NCBI GenBank assembly: GCA_038204695.1
Contig: JBBRCR010000002.1
Coordinates: forward strand, 1,300 to 65,299
Source of the DNA: Opitutales bacterium
GTDB lineage: Bacteria; Verrucomicrobiota; Verrucomicrobiia; Opitutales; Opitutaceae
Length of the DNA stretch: 64,000 nucleotides
Direction: 5' to 3'
Shown in pieces: positions 56,680 to 64,000 of the stretch (within the stretch, counting starts at the first letter, position 1; each line of letters begins with the position of its first letter). A model generated the notes under the pieces. That model was not told the origin of the DNA, made no database searches, and saw only the letters and a list, made by a program, of their open reading frames with translations. The position numbers were made by a program, and so were the translations under genes.

Positions 56680-57906
56680 CTACGGCACCAGCTCGAACAC
56701 ACCCACGATCTTCTCGGTCTCGTTGTTGCCGAGAAGAAACGTGAAAGTGATCTCCCCGCCCGCCGCGACCAACTGCTCGTAACGCGGCAAGTTCCACCGG
56801 GCGACCAGCTCCCCGTTGATCCGGATCACCAGGTCGCCGATCTGCATGCCCGCATTTTCAGCCGGTGAGCCTGGCACGATCCCAACGACCCGCCAGTACG
56901 CGGGCGTCTTGTTGAAGCTCGCTCCGGCGCTGCGGCGCGAGGCTGATACAATCGGCTCGTGCGACGACCGGTAAAACGTGACGTGATTCCGCTCCTGATC
57001 GAACGTCACCACGAAATATTTCAGCACCGCCCCGCCGATCGATGACAGCTCATCCGTCAAGTCGACCACCGGCCGATCGAAAAGCTGACCACCGACCGTG
57101 ATCGCTTCAGCCAGCCGGCCGATCTGTTGCGTCCGATCGCCCGCCAGGGTCCCGATGGTTGCACCCAGGCGCGGGCCCCAGATGAATTTTGGCTCCAGTC
57201 CCACGGGATTCAGACTGAACGCGGCGTCGCTGCCCGAATCGATCAGCGCAATCACAGACCGGTCGCCGAGATGAATGGGCACGAGCGGAGTTTTCCGCGT
57301 GTCGTCAAAACCCACCCTTGCACCCGGAACCAGGGTGGTCGTCTTCACCGGCTGAAGCAGTAACCGGCTACCCGGATAATCGAGCGTCAGGAGGACCTCG
57401 CGGAACAAGGGAAACCCGAGCACACCGTCGACTTTCACGCCGAGGTGCGCGGAGAGCGGCGCCGGATCGTAGACCAGCACCGGCACGTCGTCGAAACGCG
57501 CGTCTCCGAGTTCGAGCCGGCGCAGCGAGGCGGCGGGGAGTTCCGTCGCCATCCCATCCGCGCCGGCCACGCGGACACGTTTTCCCGGGACCACGGGTTG
57601 CCGGCCGGGATAGCGGCGCACCAGCGAGGGCGACATCAGTGTCACGGACGACCCTGTGTCCACAATAAATCGATACGGTCCGTAGCGATCCCAGCGCGCT
57701 TCAACCAACAGATAATGGCCAATGTTCTGCGCCGGCAGAATGACAAGCGGTGACTCGAGCGTGGTGCGACCGGGCCGGGGCGGCTCGCGCCGAATGGAAG
57801 CACAGCCACCGGCCAGCAGCAGGCAGAGCGCCAGTGAGAGCAATCCCGGCCACGCCCAGCAACGTTGTATGGCGGGCTCTGCGCTCGGTTCGCGCACGGA
57901 GGTCAT
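56680..57906 (-). CDS. Putative lipoprotein with tandem retropepsin-like aspartyl protease domains and PDZ
   Basis: LLLAGGC lipobox-like sequence, FIVDTGS and ALIDSGS, DGVLG, and PDZ GSPAENAGMQIGD. Confidence 0.82.
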   Translation of the reverse strand: MTSVREPSAEPAIQRCWAWPGLLSLALCLLLAGGCASIRREPPRPGRTTLESPLVILPAQNIGHYLLVEARWDRYGPYRFIVDTGSSVTLMSPSLVRRYPGRQPVVPGKRVRVAGADGMATELPAASLRRLELGDARFDDVPVLVYDPAPLSAHLGVKVDGVLGFPLFREVLLTLDYPGSRLLLQPVKTTTLVPGARVGFDDTRKTPLVPIHLGDRSVIALIDSGSDAAFSLNPVGLEPKFIWGPRLGATIGTLAGDRTQQIGRLAEAITVGGQLFDRPVVDLTDELSSIGGAVLKYFVVTFDQERNHVTFYRSSHEPIVSASRRSAGASFNKTPAYWRVVGIVPGSPAENAGMQIGDLVIRINGELVARWNLPRYEQLVAAGGEITFTFLLGNNETEKIVGVFELVP

Positions 57907-59234
57907 TTCATCGGCTTCGGCAGCGTGGTGCTCAGAGCAAGGGCCATGAGCGACAGGACGGCGCCGGCCACAAAGACACTCTCCGACCCGTAGCGCCAGA
58001 AAACGATTCCGGCCAGCACCGGCGTGAACGCCCGCGCCAGCGCACTCAGCGAGCGGAAAATCCCGATCACCCGCCCCTGCTCTTCCGCACTCGCGTAAAG
58101 CGAGATCAAGCCGGTGCTGGATGGGTTCACCAGCCCCGAGCCGAGGGCCAGCAACGCGACTCCCGCGTAAAGCGTCCACGGTTGCGGCGCGTATCCGACG
58201 ACGAGCAACCCGACCGTGGAAAACGCGAGTCCCGAAGTGAGCACGGGAATCTCATTCGCCACCCTGAGCAGCCGGCGCACAATGTAGCCCTGCGTCACGA
58301 TCGCGCACAGCCCAAGGAAACCGAGCAGGATCCCGTTCTCCTTGGCCGTGTAGTCGAAACGCTTCGTGGCCAGGAACGTCAGGGCGGATTCCATCGCGAC
58401 AAAGGCGATGGAGAAAACGAAGGCCACCAGGTTGGTTCGTCGCAGGGCTGGGTTGTGCAGCCCAAGAATCGCGGTGATCGGGTTGCGCAGCCTCGGCTCG
58501 CGCGACACGGCCTTTGCCTCCGGCGAAAGCGTCTCTTTGAAACGCGCCGAAATCCAGAGCAGGTTGACCAGGCAGAGGACAAGCGCCACCAGCGCGGGCA
58601 CCGAAAACGGATTGATGCCCACCTTCGCGAGCGACGGAAAAGCATCCAGGAGATTAAACCGGATGGTGATGGCACCGAGTGTGGGGCCGGTTACGAGCCC
58701 GAGGCCAAATGCCGCTCCGACCAGGCCCATCGATTTTGACCGTTCCTCCCGGGAGGTGACATCCGCCACCGCTGCCGTCGCGACCGAAAGGTTTCCGCTG
58801 AAGGCGCCGCTCACCACGCGAGACAGCAGGAACATCCAGAACGAGCCGCTCAGCATCCAGAGCAGATAACCCGCCCCCGTGCCGGCGACCGTGAGCAGCA
58901 GCACCCCGCGGCGCCCGCGGCGATCACTGACGGCTCCCCAGAACGGGGCGAAGATGAACTGCAGGATGGAAAAAAAGGAGCTGATGATTCCGCCAAAAAG
59001 AACCGGGGCGTAGTTCTCGATGCCAAACGTCTGCGCGAGGGCATCGGTTCCGCTCAGCAACGAGCCCAGGATTCCGGTGCGTCCTTCCGCACCAAGGTAG
59101 TATTCCAGCAAGTCCGGCCCCAGCGGGAAAATGATCGAGAAGCCGATCAGATCGATATACAGGGTGAGAAAAATGACGCCGAGCGACAGCGTTCTGGGCG
59201 GGCGCACGGTGGGAGTGGGAACGTCGGTCGACAC
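57903..59234 (-). CDS. MFS transporter (TetA/DHA1-like)
   Basis: IDLIGFSIIFP, WGAVSDRRGRR (motif A) and GAAFGLGLVTGP. Confidence 0.9.
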   Translation of the reverse strand: MSTDVPTPTVRPPRTLSLGVIFLTLYIDLIGFSIIFPLGPDLLEYYLGAEGRTGILGSLLSGTDALAQTFGIENYAPVLFGGIISSFFSILQFIFAPFWGAVSDRRGRRGVLLLTVAGTGAGYLLWMLSGSFWMFLLSRVVSGAFSGNLSVATAAVADVTSREERSKSMGLVGAAFGLGLVTGPTLGAITIRFNLLDAFPSLAKVGINPFSVPALVALVLCLVNLLWISARFKETLSPEAKAVSREPRLRNPITAILGLHNPALRRTNLVAFVFSIAFVAMESALTFLATKRFDYTAKENGILLGFLGLCAIVTQGYIVRRLLRVANEIPVLTSGLAFSTVGLLVVGYAPQPWTLYAGVALLALGSGLVNPSSTGLISLYASAEEQGRVIGIFRSLSALARAFTPVLAGIVFWRYGSESVFVAGAVLSLMALALSTTLPKPMK

Positions 59235-59310
59235 GGGATGGCAGACCCATAAGAGTTCCCATGCCGACGCCAAGGCGCAAACGGAAGTGGCGCTTCTGCA
59301 CCGCGGGGTC

Positions 59311-61944
59311 TCAGGAAAGCAATTCGCGGAGTTTTCGCTCCAGCGCACTGCGCGTGAAGGGCTTCGCCAGAAACGACATCCGCTGGCCAGTGCCCATCCG
59401 ACGGAGAATGTCCCCCTCACTGTAGCCACTCATCAGGAGCACCGGCACATCGGGTCGCACGGCCCGCAGCCGTTCCAGCGTCTGTTCGCCATTCAACCCC
59501 GGCATGAGGATGTCGAGCATGACGAGGTCGAACGAATCCGCCTTTTCCTGAAAAATTTTCACGGCGGTGAGTCCGTCGGAGGCGCCGTGCGGCGTCAGGC
59601 CGAAGGTCCGGAGCGTATCCATGACCATGCGGCACACCATCTCTTCATCGTCGACGACGAGCACCGAACCGACTTTTCTCCATGGTTCATTGCCTTGGAT
59701 TGGCGCCGGAGCGCTGGGTGCCGCGGCGGCGACAGCGGGGAGCAACAACCGAAAGGTGGAGCCGCGTCCGGGACTGCTTTCGACCCGCATCGCGCCCTTG
59801 TGGCCGCGCACGATGCCGAGCACGGCGGCCAGCCCGAGCCCACGGCCCGCAAATTTGGTGGTGAAAAATGGATCGAATATGTTGGCCATCACCTCCGGGA
59901 CCATGCCGCAACCGGTATCGCGCACGTCGAGAAAAACATACTCGCCGCCGGGCAGCGTCGCCCCGCCCACGCAGCCGGCCAGCATCGACTGATCGGCGTG
60001 CACGGTTCCGGTCGTGAGGATGATTTCGCCACCGCCATAGCCAATGGCATCCGCGGCATTGAGCACCAGGCTCATGACAATCTGCCTCAGCTGAAACGGA
60101 TCGACCAGCACGGCGGAGAGGTTTCGCTGGAGGTTCACCGTGAGCGTCGCCTGCCGGGCGACGGAATTCTCGAGTAACGGCTGCAACTCCTCCATGAGTT
60201 TCGTGAGATCGGTCGGCACGATGACAAACTCGAGCTTGCCGGCATACGCGAGCATCTGCCGGCAAAGCTCCGCTGCCCGCAGGGACGCCGTTTCAATCGC
60301 GCCCAGTTGCGCTTCCACCGGCGGGGAGTCCGCCAGCGACATACGCGCGAGCGCGGCATTGCCAATAATCGTGCTGAGCAGATTGTTGAAGTCGTGGGCA
60401 ATCCCGCCCGCCAGCAGCCCGAGACTTTCGAGTTTCTGCCCCTCGATCAGCTTGCGCTCCAGCGCCAGCCGCGCCGCCTCCGCGTTCTTCTGCACCGTGA
60501 TATCGATCGCGAGCCCTTCGAAAACATCCAGCCGGCCATCGACTCGGTAAACGCCCCGTCCCCGCGAAAGCACCCACTTCTCCCCTCCCGAACGGTGTCG
60601 TATCCGGTATTCAACTTCGACCGCGGCATGCTCCTGCAACGCCCGGAGCGTGGCCTCCCGCACCCGCGGGAGATCGTCGGGATGCACACAATCGCGGAAG
60701 TGCACCGTGCCATTCATGAAATCGGCCGCCGGCCAGCCGGTGAGCTCGCGCGCCCCTTCGCTGACGAACAGCACGCTCAATCGCTCGTCATAACGGCTGC
60801 GAAATGCCATGCCCGGCAACGCCTCGAGCAAACTGGAAAATTGCCGTCGGCTCTCCGCCAGCTCCGTCGTCCGTTGATCCACCTCCCGGCGGATGGTCTG
60901 GGTGCGCCGACCAATGATGTACACGAGCCCGGCCATGAGGCCCGACAGCAACAGCAGACCGATGCCGCGCAGCAACGGTGACCAGGTGTACTGGCTCTCG
61001 ATCCATCCCGCGCGCGGCCGGTAACGCACCCGCCAGTCGCGGCCCCCAAACGGGAGCGGATGCTCCTGGTTCGGACCGCGGACAAAGTCCGCCTCCGTCG
61101 CGATCGGCCCGCCCGGTGCCGCCGGCCGGTAATGCAACACCCGCCGGGCGGGATCGGTTTCGGAACCGTCGATGAAAAGCAAATCGAGAATGGTATCGGT
61201 TGGCCCGCGAGAGACCACCTCGAGCATTCCCGGCAGACGGAACACGCATTGCAGGAACCCGGCGAAAACCTCCGCCGCCTGCGCTTCATCCGGTGACAGT
61301 CGCCGGTACACCGGCCAGATCATCACCAGACCACGCTCGCCCGGTGCGCCCTGCACCAGCGACACCTGGGCCGTGACCAGCATTGCCCGCGTGGCGCGCG
61401 CCCGCTCGAGAAACGCGGCCGTCGGCCCCGTGCGCAGGTCAAAGCCAAGCGCACGTTCGTTGCCCTTCAAAGGCTCGATGTAGGTAATCGGGTAATACGT
61501 CGGCCGATCCGACGCCCGCCGCGCCTCGCCGTTGCCGGCGTATTCGATTATGCCGGGCCTCCCCGGAAACGAACGCTCGATCGTCGCTTCAAAGGCGGCG
61601 CGATTCTCCTGCGCGACGACCGGCACCCACTGGAACGTCTGCGCGCCGCCCAACCGTTCTCCCACGCGGCTCGCTGCCCGGCCGAACTCCGCCCGCGTGG
61701 CGTTCGTGTCGAGCGCGAACAGGGTGGACAATCCAAACAGCGAGTCCTGGTATCGGCCCAGCACCTCGCGCGCGAACGCGTGCCGCACCGCGGTCCGCCG
61801 CGCAAATTCCGCCTCCGCGCGCTGACGTTCCCCCGCGCGGCCCGTCTGAAAGGAGATCACGCTGCCGGTCAGACCCAGCAGCACCACGCCGGCGAGAACC
61901 CCCCGATGGGAAAAAAGTCCGGACGAGCTCAGAGCAGCGACCAT
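59311..61944 (-). CDS. Hybrid sensor histidine kinase (CHASE-PAS-HisKA-HATPase-REC)
   Basis: YIEPLKGNERALGFDL (CHASE), VHPDD (PAS), AHDFNNLL, FDPFFTTK...GLGL and DLVMLDILMPG. Confidence 0.92.
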   Translation of the reverse strand: MVAALSSSGLFSHRGVLAGVVLLGLTGSVISFQTGRAGERQRAEAEFARRTAVRHAFAREVLGRYQDSLFGLSTLFALDTNATRAEFGRAASRVGERLGGAQTFQWVPVVAQENRAAFEATIERSFPGRPGIIEYAGNGEARRASDRPTYYPITYIEPLKGNERALGFDLRTGPTAAFLERARATRAMLVTAQVSLVQGAPGERGLVMIWPVYRRLSPDEAQAAEVFAGFLQCVFRLPGMLEVVSRGPTDTILDLLFIDGSETDPARRVLHYRPAAPGGPIATEADFVRGPNQEHPLPFGGRDWRVRYRPRAGWIESQYTWSPLLRGIGLLLLSGLMAGLVYIIGRRTQTIRREVDQRTTELAESRRQFSSLLEALPGMAFRSRYDERLSVLFVSEGARELTGWPAADFMNGTVHFRDCVHPDDLPRVREATLRALQEHAAVEVEYRIRHRSGGEKWVLSRGRGVYRVDGRLDVFEGLAIDITVQKNAEAARLALERKLIEGQKLESLGLLAGGIAHDFNNLLSTIIGNAALARMSLADSPPVEAQLGAIETASLRAAELCRQMLAYAGKLEFVIVPTDLTKLMEELQPLLENSVARQATLTVNLQRNLSAVLVDPFQLRQIVMSLVLNAADAIGYGGGEIILTTGTVHADQSMLAGCVGGATLPGGEYVFLDVRDTGCGMVPEVMANIFDPFFTTKFAGRGLGLAAVLGIVRGHKGAMRVESSPGRGSTFRLLLPAVAAAAPSAPAPIQGNEPWRKVGSVLVVDDEEMVCRMVMDTLRTFGLTPHGASDGLTAVKIFQEKADSFDLVMLDILMPGLNGEQTLERLRAVRPDVPVLLMSGYSEGDILRRMGTGQRMSFLAKPFTRSALERKLRELLS

Positions 61945-62047
61945 AGAAATCGATGTGCAGCGGACGATGGATGCATCGACCGGCTCAGCAACGTATAACC
62001 GGGCCACGGCCTCCAACTTGTTGTGGCAGCACGGGCCAATAGCACGT

Positions 62048-63310
62048 TTACTTATAGGGCAGCGGATATCTCGCGGTCAGCGCACCCACGCGCTTCGTGA
62101 CTCCCGCGATCGCCGCTTCTTCACCGGGCGTGCCAATCGCCGCCAGGACCGTGTCGATGCACGCAGCGATTTCGTCCATGTCGGCCTCCATGAATCCGCG
62201 CGTTGTCACCGCTGGCGTTCCCAACCGGATTCCCGAAGCCTGAAACGGACTGCGCGTCTCGAACGGCACCGTGTTCTTGTTGCAGGTGATGTGGGCGCGA
62301 TCGAGCGTCTCCTGCGCCTTCTTCGCCGTCAGTTCCGGGAACTTGGGCCGCAGGTCGACGAGCATCAGGTGATTGTCCGTGCCGCCGGAAACGATCGTGT
62401 AACCGTGCCGGGTCATGGCCGCCGCGAGCGCGCGGGCATTCTTCACGATCTGTTCGGAGTACGCCTTGAATTCGGGTTTCAGGCATTCGCCGAAGCAAAC
62501 CGCTTTCGCGGCGATCACGTGCATCAGCGGCCCACCCTGCCCGCCCGGGAACACGGCCGAGTCGATCGCTTTGGCCTGAGCCGCCCGGCAGAGAATCAAC
62601 CCGCCGCGGGGGCCGCGCAGCGTCTTGTGCGTCGTCGTCGTGACGAAATCCGCGTGCCCCACCGGCGAGGGATGGATGCCCGCCGCGACCAGCCCCGCGA
62701 TATGCGCGATGTCGGCGAACAGCAGCGCCCCGCATTGGCGCGCGATCTCGCCCATCCGCGCAAAGTCGATCACGCGCGAATACGCGCTGGCGCCCACCGT
62801 GATCATCCGCGGCTTTTCCCGCCCGGCCACGCGCGCCAGCTCGTCGTAGTCGAGCAGCCCGTTGTCCTCGCGGACGCCGTATTGGCAAAAATTATACAGC
62901 TTGCCCGAAAAATTCGCCGGGTTGCCGTGGGTCAGGTGACCGCCATGACTGAGGTTCATCCCGAGCACCTTGTCGCCGGGCTGGAGCACGGAGGTGTACA
63001 CCGCGAAGTTCGCCTGCGACCCGGAGTGCGGCTGAACGTTGGCATGTTCCGCGCCGAACAGCTTCCGGGCGCGCTCGATGGCGAGCGTCTCCACGCGGTC
63101 CACGAATTCGCAACCGCCGTACCAGCGCTTCCCCGGGTAACCCTCCGCGTACTTGTTGGTGAGCACGCTGCCCTGGGCCTCCATCACCGCCGGATAGGTG
63201 AAGTTTTCCGAGGCGATGAGCTCGATGTGGCTTTGCTGGCGCCCGAGTTCCGCCGTGATGGCGGCGTGAATTTCAGGGTCCAGGGTGCGAAGTGGCGCGG
63301 ACGTTAGCAT
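62048..63310 (-). CDS. glyA: Serine hydroxymethyltransferase
   Basis: [37 protein letters not shown] and SGIRLGTPA. Confidence 0.97.
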   Translation of the reverse strand: MLTSAPLRTLDPEIHAAITAELGRQQSHIELIASENFTYPAVMEAQGSVLTNKYAEGYPGKRWYGGCEFVDRVETLAIERARKLFGAEHANVQPHSGSQANFAVYTSVLQPGDKVLGMNLSHGGHLTHGNPANFSGKLYNFCQYGVREDNGLLDYDELARVAGREKPRMITVGASAYSRVIDFARMGEIARQCGALLFADIAHIAGLVAAGIHPSPVGHADFVTTTTHKTLRGPRGGLILCRAAQAKAIDSAVFPGGQGGPLMHVIAAKAVCFGECLKPEFKAYSEQIVKNARALAAAMTRHGYTIVSGGTDNHLMLVDLRPKFPELTAKKAQETLDRAHITCNKNTVPFETRSPFQASGIRLGTPAVTTRGFMEADMDEIAACIDTVLAAIGTPGEEAAIAGVTKRVGALTARYPLPYK

Positions 63311-63399
63311 TGCGAAGGTCGGATTTCAGATTGCGGATGGACGGAAAAAGACAGGGTGCAGCCGATGTTCTTAATCGGCGCTCCGCAATCCGAAATCGG

Positions 63400-63897
63400 T
63401 CAAACGCGCGTCGTCTCGCCGCCCACCAGTGTCTTAAGGTGCTCCAGCAGCGCCGGAATCGATTCCACCATCTCATCGCGGGCCGCTTCGTAGACCTTCA
63501 GCGGACCACCATAGGGATCGCCAATCTCCTTCTCCTCATCGCCGGGGAGGAACTGGCGGAAAAGAAACAGGTTTTTCGGAATCGGATCGGCCTGCACTTC
63601 GATCATCGCGCGATGCGACTCGGTCATGCACAAAACGGCGAGCGACTCGTCCAGCAGCTTCTGGGTGAGGGGCTGGGCCCGGTGTTGGGAAAGATCGATG
63701 CCGACCTTCCGGAGCGCGATGACGGAGTTCTCCGACACCGATTCGCCGGGTCGCGCCGCGACCCCCGCCGAGATCACCTTCAGTGATTTGAGCGGCTCGG
63801 GTTGCGCGCCGAGCGCATGCTGCAACAGCGCCGCACCCATGGGACTGCGGCAAATGTTAGCGGTGCAAACAACTACAATGGGTCCAAATTCGGACAT
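63400..63897 (-). CDS. Low-molecular-weight protein phosphatase
   Basis: VCTANICRSPM P-loop and IGDPYGG. Confidence 0.9.
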   Translation of the reverse strand: MSEFGPIVVVCTANICRSPMGAALLQHALGAQPEPLKSLKVISAGVAARPGESVSENSVIALRKVGIDLSQHRAQPLTQKLLDESLAVLCMTESHRAMIEVQADPIPKNLFLFRQFLPGDEEKEIGDPYGGPLKVYEAARDEMVESIPALLEHLKTLVGGETTRV

Positions 63898-64000
63898 CGA
63901 CGCGTGGGAAAGGACATGGATTTACGGGAAAGGCAAAACCGGATTCGGTCCGCCTTCCCCCCAACCTAGGCTAGCCCTGCGCTTGCCCCACAAATACAGC

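Overview
High-GC bacterial chromosome segment whose gene content and style suggest Verrucomicrobiota (Opitutaceae-like; inferred, not database-checked). Both flanks are mostly housekeeping. Left: aroK, ltaE, FKBP PPIase, purD, rpmI-rplT-pheS, a peptide/glutamate catabolic cluster, three tRNAs, an exbB-exbD-exbD-tonB-TPR operon and a Na+/alanine symporter. Right: pyrE, degP, prs, lpxD, skp, bamA, dnaB, a long greA, rsmB, an MFS transporter, a hybrid kinase, glyA and an LMW phosphatase. In the middle is a ~15 kb island integrated at tRNA-Pro(CGG), bounded by an exact 19-bp direct repeat (26446-26464 / 41450-41468). It carries a broken tyrosine integrase, a serine recombinase beside ~43-bp inverted repeats, two hicAB pairs, a vapBC pair and a mosaic of toxin-antitoxin/IS66 fragments. 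It also carries a five-gene accessory Hsp70 operon: large TPR-like protein ending in the clamp-binding-type motif QLNLF, non-HPD J-domain, GrpE-like, DnaK-like and Zn-ribbon/TPR. This operon is the best candidate for an uncharacterised system; its DnaK start codon reads AAG instead of ATG.
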